64,000 nucleotides of DNA from a virus. Position numbers and translations under genes: made by a program. Each line of letters opens with the position of its first letter. Positions within the stretch are counted from its first letter, which is position 1. Below, piece after piece: positions 36,731 to 45,511 of the stretch. The notes beneath the pieces are model-generated. The model saw only the letters and a list, made by a program, of their open reading frames with translations, was not told the DNA's origin and made no database searches. Location of the stretch: positions 126,699 through 190,698 of the IMG/VR virus record IMGVR_UViG_3300038301_000548. The stretch is one strand, 5' to 3'.

Positions 36731-37168
36731 TTCTATGTTGTCTAAGTCAATAAGCCAAACCTCTACAGGGTAGTTAACATCTCTACAATGTTGCATCCCC
36801 ATCATGGTCAACCTAGTGTTACCAGCAATAAGAGTATATTCCCCATTAACTTTTTTAACTATTGGCAACTCTATTTCTCCAGAATCAAACATTTTGCCTA
36901 CGCGTTCCTGTCTATCTGATGTGAGATTTTGATACTCTTCTTCCATTTCTTTGCAGATATCCGAAAACTGTGTGTTCTTAATTTGGCCTGCTATTGGTAG
37001 GGCATCTATTACTTTCCCCTTTGAGGATATTTCTATCCAAGATTCTTTTGTTGGAAAATCTTCACTATGATGAACTCTTGCTTCATCCCACTCAAAATTA
37101 AAGTTTGGGTCTCGAAAACTTATAGATTCGTTTAAATATCTTCTCCAGCTTTCCATTATAAGTTTCAT
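36728..37168 (-). CDS. ParB/Srx-like domain protein with MKLIMESW leader
   Basis: IELPIVKKVNGEYTLIAGNTRL resembles the ParB-like PI.V......Y.li.G.hR motif. Confidence 0.55.
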   Translation of the reverse strand: MKLIMESWRRYLNESISFRDPNFNFEWDEARVHHSEDFPTKESWIEISSKGKVIDALPIAGQIKNTQFSDICKEMEEEYQNLTSDRQERVGKMFDSGEIELPIVKKVNGEYTLIAGNTRLTMMGMQHCRDVNYPVEVWLIDLDNIE

Positions 37169-37578
37169 AGTACTTCATATTCCCTGTTGGTACTATTTAG
37201 TTTAATTTTGTGCTTTTTGATTAGATTATTCAGCTGATGCAGGTTTATCTTTAATATGGCCGCGGCGTCTCTTTTGTTTTTCGAAGCAGTTAATGCATAC
37301 AGTAAAAAAGCTTCCTTGCAAATATCAGGCAACATTTTCATAATAGGAAACCCCAACAATTTACCGCCAAGACTAGAAGCTATTGACTCTATTTTAAGAT
37401 AGACCACCTCTTCTAAGGTTAGTAATTTAATCCTATTAATAAAATCTTTATTTATCTTTCTTTCTCTTAGAAGTTTTTTTTTATAATCAAAATTTTCATT
37501 TTCTGATTTGTATTTACAACCTCTAAGTGAGTTATCGAATAACATGCTGTCCTTTTCTGCCGAACCCAACCACCTCAA
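37165..37578 (-). CDS. Protein with a C-terminal Fis-like helix-turn-helix
   Basis: YALTASKNKRDAAAILKINLHQLNNLIKKHKI aligns by eye with the Fis-type HTH; ATGA overlap with the next gene. Confidence 0.55.
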   Translation of the reverse strand: MRWLGSAEKDSMLFDNSLRGCKYKSENENFDYKKKLLRERKINKDFINRIKLLTLEEVVYLKIESIASSLGGKLLGFPIMKMLPDICKEAFLLYALTASKNKRDAAAILKINLHQLNNLIKKHKIKLNSTNREYEVL

Positions 37579-37618
37579 CTAAAATAACATATTCAAAAGC
37601 AAAAATCAAGTCTTTTAT

Positions 37619-40600
37619 TTAACTAGAACTGAGACCCGGGTTCTCTTCAGGGTTCTTAGCCTGTTCATATTCATCATTAGTCGGTTCTTCTGGGGGACTA
37701 GGTGACATCTCGTTATCCCATTTATCAAAATATAATTTAGTGTTAGCTATTAAATAATCATAAAACATCTCTTGATCCTCTGGGTTGTCTAGTTCTCCAT
37801 AATAATCAACTATAGACTTCTCAATGGTAGGATAAACTCTCTCTGCTTTATTTCTTCCGGTAGTGTCTGCGCCGGAGATCGCGCCCATTTCTTCTTCCTC
37901 TTCTTCCATTTCTGGTTCTGGCTGGGGTGCACCATCATCTGCGTCGATAAATTTATCGATGTCGCCAATACCAGTTGCAGCATCAACGCCCTCAATATCA
38001 ACACCGACAGCTTCGGCTAGTTGCTCATCCTCAGTGCTACCGATATCATTAAGTTTGACGGGAGCTAGTGTGTCCTGAATCCATTTTACAATATGCGCTC
38101 GAAACGAAAGTTTTTGGTCCTCATCGGTTGTTAGGGTTTTGTATACGTTTCTCAAAGTTGAAAGAACGTTTGAATTCTTAAGAAGATCCTTAAGAGTGTT
38201 AATTCCAGTACTGTCAGCTATATCAACAGTTGGATCCTCAGAAGCTGCTTCTAAAATCATTTCTCTTAGAGACAATCTAAGCTTATTCTCCTGTAAAACA
38301 TAATTGATTAAATTATCATTTTCTTTTTTCTTGGATTTAAAGAATTCTTGGAGGCCAATTCTTATTGATCTTCTAAGAGTCTCTTCCTTTTCTTCTTGTT
38401 TCATTTCTTCTTCCTCATAATTTTTTATTAGTGGTATTGGGGCCGCATAGCCGGCAATTGCGGGTGACGCTGATGTTTCTTTTATTTCTTCCTCATCTTC
38501 CGCTAAATAGGCGTTGGAGGCGCCCGGTGTGCGCGCCTGGGTAAAGGCACCCCCGTATTGGGTTAAGTCCTTGCGGCCGCCATCAAGCAGCTTCCTGTGA
38601 GCCGGCAGCAGCTTTGCCCTCATCGCAACGAGAAAAGGATCTTGAGAGGGCGCGCCCTTGGGTGCTTTCTGAGCTTTGAAACCTTCCGATACCAGATTTA
38701 TTAATGTTCCTTTGATCATTTCTTTTAAATCTTCTGCATCAATTTCTGGCTCTTTTACTTGATCTGATTCACTGTCTTGCGTGAGCGCAGGATTAATGCC
38801 AAGTATTTTTAAAACGGCCGCTACATCAGATATATCTGTTACAAAATCTTCTAAGAAAATAAGCCCGATAGGATCTTCTGATGCCAAATCGATAAAGTCT
38901 CTCATATCAGAAGCATGGAACAAATGTTTATCAGCAACCTTGCCTTCTAGCCTTTCTTCGTCTGTGAGATCTTCCGGTGATATTCTTCCTTTACCCTTAT
39001 TCAACATTTGCAAGATCGTTGGGTTTTCATCTAAAAGTTCTAGATATCTAGTTGAGTGTTCAAACGGTCCAACGGATTTTGTTTGAATCGTTAGATCAGG
39101 CCTTTTCTCTTTACTTTTTTGCATGACTTTGCCACCGTATCTATCTGCGTCGGTTCCTTTTGCTCCGACACCCAGGATAACAGTCGCGCCTTTCGGCGCC
39201 GCGAATATATTATTTGGATCTGCAGGATGTTGTATGAAATCGATCGCTGTCATCATCGATGAAGCTACGCCCGCGGGGCCCAACATCACTTTTGCTTTGT
39301 TTCTTATAGGTGATTTGTCGATCATCACATTCCAACATTGTATGGCTTGATCAGCGCTAATACTTCCTCCGCCCTTAAGGGCCCGCCCTGACAGTTGTGG
39401 TGCTGACACAAAAATATAAATAACGTCAGCACCCTGAGCTAACGCTTCTGCCGCCAGGACATGTCCTTTATGTGGTGGCTTAAATGAACCAGGAAACAAA
39501 GCAATCTTTAAAGGCTGAGTCTCGCCTTGTGCGCTCTGTTCTGCGTCTTGTGAAGGTTCTATAGGACCGAACCTACCATAGCGCTCTGTGCCCAAGATTT
39601 GGTTGCTTGGAGCGAACCACCCTGTAAACTTGTAGGTGGTACCATTGAAATCAAACACAAAGCCCTCTGACGGGGTATTAATGTTTTGAACATCTTTTAA
39701 TTTCGCGTATTGTTTCTTTAAATCTTCTTTGGCCGCTTCATTTGAAGAATTCTGTATTTTTGATATCGTATCAGAAATTTCATTTTGAAGTTTTTTTATT
39801 GTTGCTTCATTATCTGAGATAAAAGCAGAATGAAATCCTTCCAGGATAGCGTTTGTAAAGTCATAAAGAGAATTACTCAAAGCTGCAGTATAATTTTGGT
39901 ATTTAAAATTATCATCAAATTCTTTTATTTCGTCTTTAAGTTCTTGAGGTATACCGGCAGTGATATCCCTCATTGTCGGCCGCGGCTCGTGTAAAGGCTT
40001 TTTTGTTATAGGGTCTTTAAGTCCGCAAGGTATGAGCTGAGTCTTGTCTTTTAAGCTTCTGCAAAGCCCCATTAACCTTTGCACCAAAAGTTTGTTCCTA
40101 TCCTCTGTTAATCCGAACGCGTCTATAATGGGAGTTATTTGAACCATAACAAGATCTTGTATTGTGTTAGAGTCATCGAGTCCAAAGTCTCGAACAAGAT
40201 TGTCAATAGCAGATATTGAAGTCTCAAGGACAGCACCTGCTTTCTCCTGCCCTGCAGGTTCTAATCTTCTTTCTGCATGAGTCTCCACAGAAAAAATACC
40301 AGGTTCGTCAGTGCCTTTGCCCATTAGGGATTTTTCTAAAAGTTCATAGTTAGACGATAGATCTGCAGCAGCTGAACCTAGATGTTTTGAAGTAAGAGAC
40401 ATTGCTGTTTTAGGGTGAAATTTGTCATGGCCGACGGCATGTATTAAGAGTGTTTTCTTATCATAAGGAATGACGTTGGTAGTGCCTTGACTTCTTGGGT
40501 CATCTTCTTCAAGTCCGGGGGTGCCAGGATTCATGACTTCTGTATTGAAATAGATATTATCCTTCTTGGTACCAAAAATCTTTAATTGAGTATCTTTATC

Positions 40601-40936
40601 TAGCTCTGTTATAACATCTTCGAAAGCTTGGAGTGCTTCTACAAAACTATAGCGTAAAGCTTGGTTTGGGTGAGCGGAGAAAAACTCATCAAACTGCTCG
40701 ACGTCGAGACCTCCTGCTAGGATGTGCGATTTATTTCGTATAGCTCTCGCTCTTTGAGTGGCTACATCAAAGGACAGATAGACATTTTGACCGTCTGTCT
40801 TTTCAGTTCCTCGTAATCGGCCATCGACGGCCGCCTGTAATAATTGCTTCAACTCCCCGAAGGTCATCTCACCATTATCATAAATGTGGTTCATGTGACC
40901 AGCGACAGCACCCTCAGTCAGAATAGAATTACTCAC
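37619..40936 (-). CDS. Large protein: ligase-like (EKxDG) N-domain + HIGH-motif cytidylyltransferase-like domain + acidic tail
   Basis: GHMNH..TFGELK..TEKTDGQN; ALFPGSFKPPHKGH; FHASDMR. Confidence 0.7.
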   Translation of the reverse strand: MSNSILTEGAVAGHMNHIYDNGEMTFGELKQLLQAAVDGRLRGTEKTDGQNVYLSFDVATQRARAIRNKSHILAGGLDVEQFDEFFSAHPNQALRYSFVEALQAFEDVITELDKDTQLKIFGTKKDNIYFNTEVMNPGTPGLEEDDPRSQGTTNVIPYDKKTLLIHAVGHDKFHPKTAMSLTSKHLGSAAADLSSNYELLEKSLMGKGTDEPGIFSVETHAERRLEPAGQEKAGAVLETSISAIDNLVRDFGLDDSNTIQDLVMVQITPIIDAFGLTEDRNKLLVQRLMGLCRSLKDKTQLIPCGLKDPITKKPLHEPRPTMRDITAGIPQELKDEIKEFDDNFKYQNYTAALSNSLYDFTNAILEGFHSAFISDNEATIKKLQNEISDTISKIQNSSNEAAKEDLKKQYAKLKDVQNINTPSEGFVFDFNGTTYKFTGWFAPSNQILGTERYGRFGPIEPSQDAEQSAQGETQPLKIALFPGSFKPPHKGHVLAAEALAQGADVIYIFVSAPQLSGRALKGGGSISADQAIQCWNVMIDKSPIRNKAKVMLGPAGVASSMMTAIDFIQHPADPNNIFAAPKGATVILGVGAKGTDADRYGGKVMQKSKEKRPDLTIQTKSVGPFEHSTRYLELLDENPTILQMLNKGKGRISPEDLTDEERLEGKVADKHLFHASDMRDFIDLASEDPIGLIFLEDFVTDISDVAAVLKILGINPALTQDSESDQVKEPEIDAEDLKEMIKGTLINLVSEGFKAQKAPKGAPSQDPFLVAMRAKLLPAHRKLLDGGRKDLTQYGGAFTQARTPGASNAYLAEDEEEIKETSASPAIAGYAAPIPLIKNYEEEEMKQEEKEETLRRSIRIGLQEFFKSKKKENDNLINYVLQENKLRLSLREMILEAASEDPTVDIADSTGINTLKDLLKNSNVLSTLRNVYKTLTTDEDQKLSFRAHIVKWIQDTLAPVKLNDIGSTEDEQLAEAVGVDIEGVDAATGIGDIDKFIDADDGAPQPEPEMEEEEEEMGAISGADTTGRNKAERVYPTIEKSIVDYYGELDNPEDQEMFYDYLIANTKLYFDKWDNEMSPSPPEEPTNDEYEQAKNPEENPGLSSS

Positions 40937-40945
40937 AATATTGCC

Positions 40946-41767
40946 CTATCTAGTCCAAAGTTTTGTTAATTTATTGAAAATATTCTCGTCTCTTTGTCCG
41001 AAGCGATTTTCATATATAGCGTGTTCTTCCTCTGGGGTTTGGACTTCCTGTTTCACGCTCGCAGCGCTGCTGTCTTTATCTTCTTTTGGGCACGCACACT
41101 TGGCGCCTGCGGCTGCATTTTTCTTACAAGCAGGACAGGCGTCTCCTTTACATTGATCGCCTGCTGCGCATTTGTGACCTTCACCTTCTTTGATAGTCTC
41201 TTCATCAGTGTCGTCGTCACGCTTATGGTTGCCGCAACCGCCTTCATCTATCTCTTCTGGCGCTTTTTGTTTCTCTAATTTTGCCTCGAGAATCTTCCCA
41301 ATGAGACCCTTGAGTTCTTTTTTTGAAATCTTAACCATTTTCTTATTCTCCTTTAAATTAATAGTTACATTATCTATATTTATTTGTGTTTTATAGTTGT
41401 CTTCCCAGTCTCGGAAACACATATTGCCCTTCTCGTAAGCTTCCCTTTCCATTTCGCGCATATGCGGGTTTGTTTGGGCATATCCCATTCCCATTTCTCC
41501 ACATTTTTCAGCGCTGAGATCTCCCCGTAGATTTTGTGTATGATGCACTAGCTCATGGGCATAAGATCTTAGGACATCTTTCGGGTGCCTGTTTGAAACA
41601 AAAAGGGTAATAGATTCGTCTTGAGGGTCGTAATATGCAGTTTTTCCTAGAATATTTGAAGCATTTTCTGGGTCTTTCTTATAAAAAAGCTTCGGAGGCC
41701 TTTTAAAGCCCAGTCTTTTTTTAGCAAAACCTTGTAAACTGTCAATAAGTGGCTGTAATTCTTGCAT
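40946..41767 (-). CDS. HExxH zincin-like protein with a Cys-rich C-terminal part
   Basis: KTAYYDP..VLRSYAHELVHHTQ..REMEREAY. Confidence 0.65.
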   Translation of the reverse strand: MQELQPLIDSLQGFAKKRLGFKRPPKLFYKKDPENASNILGKTAYYDPQDESITLFVSNRHPKDVLRSYAHELVHHTQNLRGDLSAEKCGEMGMGYAQTNPHMREMEREAYEKGNMCFRDWEDNYKTQINIDNVTINLKENKKMVKISKKELKGLIGKILEAKLEKQKAPEEIDEGGCGNHKRDDDTDEETIKEGEGHKCAAGDQCKGDACPACKKNAAAGAKCACPKEDKDSSAASVKQEVQTPEEEHAIYENRFGQRDENIFNKLTKLWTR

Positions 41768-41808
41768 GCATAGTCCCTATAAGCTCAAATCGCTATAAAT
41801 AAATAGTT

Positions 41809-41985
41809 TTAGGTCCTTTGTTCGCCAACAAAAGTTTCATAGTGATCTGCGAGGCTCTGGCCTCTAAGATTGGGTGCACCCTTAACACTCAACCTGAATG
41901 GTATAATAGTTGCACTAGTGCGTTCGCTCAATGTTGTAGCATGGTTAGTGATAATATAATCATTTGAAATATTTTTAGTCGACAT
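41809..41985 (-). CDS. Small hypothetical protein (58 aa, not in the track)
   Basis: GGAGG Shine-Dalgarno, then MSTKNISNDIIITNHATTLSERTSATIIPFRLSVKGAPNLRGQSLADHYETFVGEQRT. Confidence 0.45.
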   Translation of the reverse strand: MSTKNISNDYIITNHATTLSERTSATIIPFRLSVKGAPNLRGQSLADHYETFVGEQRT

Positions 41986-42019
41986 TAATTTTCCTCCATT
42001 AGTATACAGGATAAATAGG

Positions 42020-43027
42020 CTAAATGTATTCTTTATCTCCGGAAAAGAATATTTCTATGTCTTCATTAACTAACATATGTAGTTTTGTAGTTAGCCAGAA
42101 TTCTATATCGTCGCGGGAATCAAATTCTAAGATATGTGGACCATCATAAACACACCATTTTCCAACCTCGTCTAAAATATCCATTTTATTGAATACTATG
42201 TTATTAGTACCGTTCATTCTTGTGGCCATCTTTAGTAGATCAAAGTCTAGCCAGTTTATTTGGCGCGCACGACCGGTTGTCGCTCCATATTCTTCCCCTA
42301 AATTCCTAATTTGTTCGAATTCGTCATAAGGGCCTTCAAAGTCCTTAGCTCCTACATAGGTCTCATAAATCTTAGCAACGCCCCAAATATCCCTAATGGC
42401 TTTTGGAGGAACACCGTTCAAAAGTGCAGATCCCACTGTGCAATGAGAAGAGGTAACATAAGGGTAGTCACCCCAGTCAATATCCAGCCCAAAACCTTGG
42501 GCGCCCTCAAATAGAATCTCTATATTTTCAAATTCTTCATTTTCATACAATTCTAAATATAAATTAATCAGATAATTGCTTAGTCGTGGGTCTTCGAGGG
42601 CCCGTATTCCTTTTCTGGCATACTTATCCCTATAGGCCGGACCATTTCCTCTCCTAGTCGTGCCTATTTCTGTATCTTTTGAGTCTTGAATCCGATGAAA
42701 ATCAGTAATTAAGTGAGCATTGGTAGAGACTTTTACCAACTCTTTTGCTGGTATACCAGCTTCTTCAAGTTGTTCAATCTCTTCTAAAAATGTCTCGACA
42801 TGGACAACACAACCTGGTCCAATGATCGATTTTATGCCAAAGAAAACACCACAAGGTATATGATGTGTGACAAATTTAACACCTTCATGATATATTGTAT
42901 GACCAGCGTTACAGCCGCCGTTATATCTTATCACGTGAGTATAATCTTTGTCTTTACACAGGGCGTGCGCAATTTTACCTTTTCCACAATCTCCATACTG
43001 AAGATCTACAACTATGTCCGCTATCAT
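42020..43027 (-). CDS. purA: Adenylosuccinate synthetase, short (335 aa) type
   Basis: QYGDCGKGK, RYNGGCNAGHTI, GTTRRGNGPAY, FEGAQG..LDIDWGDYPYVTSS, GATTGRAR, NKMD. Confidence 0.9.
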   Translation of the reverse strand: MIADIVVDLQYGDCGKGKIAHALCKDKDYTHVIRYNGGCNAGHTIYHEGVKFVTHHIPCGVFFGIKSIIGPGCVVHVETFLEEIEQLEEAGIPAKELVKVSTNAHLITDFHRIQDSKDTEIGTTRRGNGPAYRDKYARKGIRALEDPRLSNYLINLYLELYENEEFENIEILFEGAQGFGLDIDWGDYPYVTSSHCTVGSALLNGVPPKAIRDIWGVAKIYETYVGAKDFEGPYDEFEQIRNLGEEYGATTGRARQINWLDFDLLKMATRMNGTNNIVFNKMDILDEVGKWCVYDGPHILEFDSRDDIEFWLTTKLHMLVNEDIEIFFSGDKEYI

Positions 43028-43068
43028 GGTTAATCCTTTTATAAATTAAAATATAAAAGTATTGTATA

Positions 43069-43248
43069 TTATTGTTGTTGTTCTTTTAAGGTCTTTCGGC
43101 TTAGTTTAGGGTTCATAATACATGCTATGGTAAGTTTTTTGACTTTTTGGATCTCGCTAGTTAGCTTATTTTGCCGGTAAAGCAATAATCCGCAAAAAAG
43201 TAAGTTAATCATAATTAGACCTAGGTCAAAATATTCGTATTTCATCAT
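43069..43248 (-). CDS. Small membrane protein (59 aa, not in the track)
   Basis: GAGG Shine-Dalgarno; MMKYEYFDLGLIMINLLFCGLLLYRQNK.. has one TM helix and a basic tail. Confidence 0.4.
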   Translation of the reverse strand: MMKYEYFDLGLIMINLLFCGLLLYRQNKLTSEIQKVKKLTIACIMNPKLSRKTLKEQQQ

Positions 43249-43258
43249 TTATCCTCTT

Positions 43259-44128
43259 TTATTGGTCTTCATCTATTTTTCCCCATGGTGCGGGACCAGA
43301 GGGATCTAGTAAATCATCTAGATTGTATTGACCTTCGAATTCGAAGTGATCGGAATCTTTTTTCTCATTAAAGTAATCTTTCACATAAATTTCAGTCAAT
43401 GACATCATATTATCATACGCTTTGACTTTCAGATCCGAAAGTTTTTCAAGATAATTAGAATTTCTAAGCATTTTAAACGCTAAGTTTTCTGGTGAGTAGA
43501 TTCCATCTCGAGAAAGACCAGCTGTGCGCATATTTGATATTTTAGTCTTAATTTTTGAAGCATAATTATAAGACTGTTCATTCTTTTTCTGATCATAAAG
43601 ATCTAGTGCATGGTCAATTGATTTAGCAATAGTTTCAGCTTTTTTCTCTGCATTTCGAAGATCTAAGTCTGGATTTAGCTTTACTGGTTCTGCAATCCAC
43701 TTATTTTCTTTCAATGACCATATGCCATTTGCTTCATGTGGTTCAGTCACATCTTGAAAATATATTTCTACTTCATGGTCGCGAATCATAATATCGTGTG
43801 TCTTATTCCAATTGATGCGTGATTGATCAAGCATTCTTTTAACTAATTCAAGATTTTTATCAATTTCGCCAAAAGAAAACATGATATGGAGATCAATATC
43901 AGAAAGATCATGCCAATTGTATGAAGCAGTGGATCCTGTGATTATAATGTCTTTTACTTCTGCTTTAATTTCCATGCTGTGTATTACATCATCCACAATT
44001 GCTTGCAACTGTTTTGATACTTCTTCGTCTAATTGGTCGTTCTGCCAAAATTTTGGATTAAGATTATCTTTGGGCTCTAGAAAACTAATATCGGACAAAC
44101 TATCATTTACTATATTAATGTTAATCAC
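43259..44128 (-). CDS. Pol-beta-superfamily nucleotidyltransferase
   Basis: DIIITGSTASYNW..SDIDLHI (GS..DxD), HEVEIYFQD. Confidence 0.8.
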   Translation of the reverse strand: MININIVNDSLSDISFLEPKDNLNPKFWQNDQLDEEVSKQLQAIVDDVIHSMEIKAEVKDIIITGSTASYNWHDLSDIDLHIMFSFGEIDKNLELVKRMLDQSRINWNKTHDIMIRDHEVEIYFQDVTEPHEANGIWSLKENKWIAEPVKLNPDLDLRNAEKKAETIAKSIDHALDLYDQKKNEQSYNYASKIKTKISNMRTAGLSRDGIYSPENLAFKMLRNSNYLEKLSDLKVKAYDNMMSLTEIYVKDYFNEKKDSDHFEFEGQYNLDDLLDPSGPAPWGKIDEDQ

Positions 44129-44516
44129 CTTGTATCATCTCCAGTACTTCTAATGCTATTTTCTCAAATTTATTGCTCTTGTTCAAATTTTCTTTAGCAT
44201 AGAAGCCATAACTAATATGTTCAGAACTGAGCTTTATTTTTTGAAAATCATATTTCATATGGTAAAAATATTTATTTTCTACTTTTTTGAAGAAAACAGC
44301 ATGCTTAACCTTAAGTCCGGTTTCCTCATAAACTTCTCTTTTTAAACCTTTTTCAATCGATTCACCTTGTTTGGTATGTCCACCAGGTAGATCCCTGGCA
44401 CCAGGATACTTTTTGTGATCTACTGACCTTTTAAGTAGAAGAATTCGATTCTTACTATCTATCACCACTACCTTAACAACAGTATTGGAATCTTTTTTTA
44501 CTTTCATTCTTATCAT
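44121..44516 (-). CDS. Nudix hydrolase
   Basis: Nudix box LPGGHTKQGESIEKGLKREVYEETGL; LSSEH. Confidence 0.9.
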   Translation of the reverse strand: MIRMKVKKDSNTVVKVVVIDSKNRILLLKRSVDHKKYPGARDLPGGHTKQGESIEKGLKREVYEETGLKVKHAVFFKKVENKYFYHMKYDFQKIKLSSEHISYGFYAKENLNKSNKFEKIALEVLEMIQGD

Positions 44517-44688
44517 ATTATATGTCTATTATTATGACTGAGTTTTTTTCTTCTTGATCTTCTTCTTCATCTGTGATATAATAATCTTGTATTTCTAATT
44601 GAATACTAGGTCGTTCTTCGACCTGCATATCTTCTTTCTCTTTTCTAATTAGTAAATCTAATATATAGTCTATATAACTTCTCATGCT

Positions 44689-45066
44689 TTAATTAGGTAT
44701 TTCATGTCTTAAATTTTCTAAATTATCTGTTAAGAGCTTTCCACCTGAGTATATTTGCATATATGGGTGGCTCTCAAATGTAACTAAAGTATCCATAACA
44801 AAGAAGCAGTCACGTACGTCATCTAAGATGATAGTCAGGATTTTGTTATTGTATAAGGCTCCTTCGTCGAGCGCAAAGCCGGCGCGCTTGAGCAATTCCT
44901 TATGATTGACAGCATCCCACACGATTATAACGTTATCTTCAGGGTGCATTGTTTCTATCCATATATCTACCATGTCACGAAAAGATACACTGTAAATTAA
45001 AGGATTTAGTATTTTGTTGTTTTCGCTCATTTTGAATGCCTGTCTGCAACAGACTGTGAAGCCCAT
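44689..45066 (-). CDS. Hypothetical protein
   Basis: ORF overlapping the upstream gene; true start probably MSENNK. Confidence 0.55.
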   Translation of the reverse strand: MGFTVCCRQAFKMSENNKILNPLIYSVSFRDMVDIWIETMHPEDNVIIVWDAVNHKELLKRAGFALDEGALYNNKILTIILDDVRDCFFVMDTLVTFESHPYMQIYSGGKLLTDNLENLRHEIPN

Positions 45067-45509
45067 GCATTGGGTTTAAGCTTGCAAGCTAGGCCATAGC
45101 CTTGAACATACCCTTTAAGCATCTCAGAGAGCCTAGCTGTCTCGTTCTTGGTCCCACTTGGAGAAACATCCAGGTGTAATTCGAATCGTTTAGCGGGAAT
45201 TTTATAATTAGTTACAAAGTGTTCCGCAATCTCTATAGATCTACGTACTTCTTCTGTTATTCTGGTTGGCAAATTTTGATACCTCGTAAGTGAAACATTT
45301 TCTTTATAGAAGAAATATCTCCCTCCTAGATTTTTAGTTAATAAGCATATAGCTGTTACAAAGCATATTTTGTTTTTTATGATAAAAGAATCTGATCCAA
45401 TAAATATTTTTTTATTTTTTTTTGAATGTTTTGACACTAAATCCTCAACTTTGCTGAAATTAAGACTCCTTCCTAAACCGGTCGTCCAAAATTTCTCTTT
45501 AAGGATCAC
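45027..45509 (-). CDS. RNase H-like YkuK/DUF458-family protein
   Basis: IFIGSDS, FVTAI, GGRYF, RITEEVRRSIE, ELHLDV, KPNAWASQSVADR. Confidence 0.8.
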   Translation of the reverse strand: MILKEKFWTTGLGRSLNFSKVEDLVSKHSKKNKKIFIGSDSFIIKNKICFVTAICLLTKNLGGRYFFYKENVSLTRYQNLPTRITEEVRRSIEIAEHFVTNYKIPAKRFELHLDVSPSGTKNETARLSEMLKGYVQGYGLACKLKPNAWASQSVADRHSK

Positions 45510-45511
45510 AA

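Noticed and set aside
31691-37168. Classical integron with attC sites
   Set aside because: No IntI gene, no GTTRRRY / RYYYAAC pairs, and the repeats are not long imperfect palindromes; the resemblance is only organisational.
32751-37620. Intact or two-piece tmRNA gene
   Set aside because: I found no matching 5' acceptor strand (GGGGGTG..) with a D-loop-like segment, no 5' T-stem strand before any repeat, and no tag peptide ending in ..AA. Only 3' fragments are present in this window.
42020-43027. PurZ (2-aminoadenine DNA pathway)
   Set aside because: It keeps Asp in GDxGKG (PurZ has Ser) and the KxD motif; no DatZ or MazZ is recognisable in the window.
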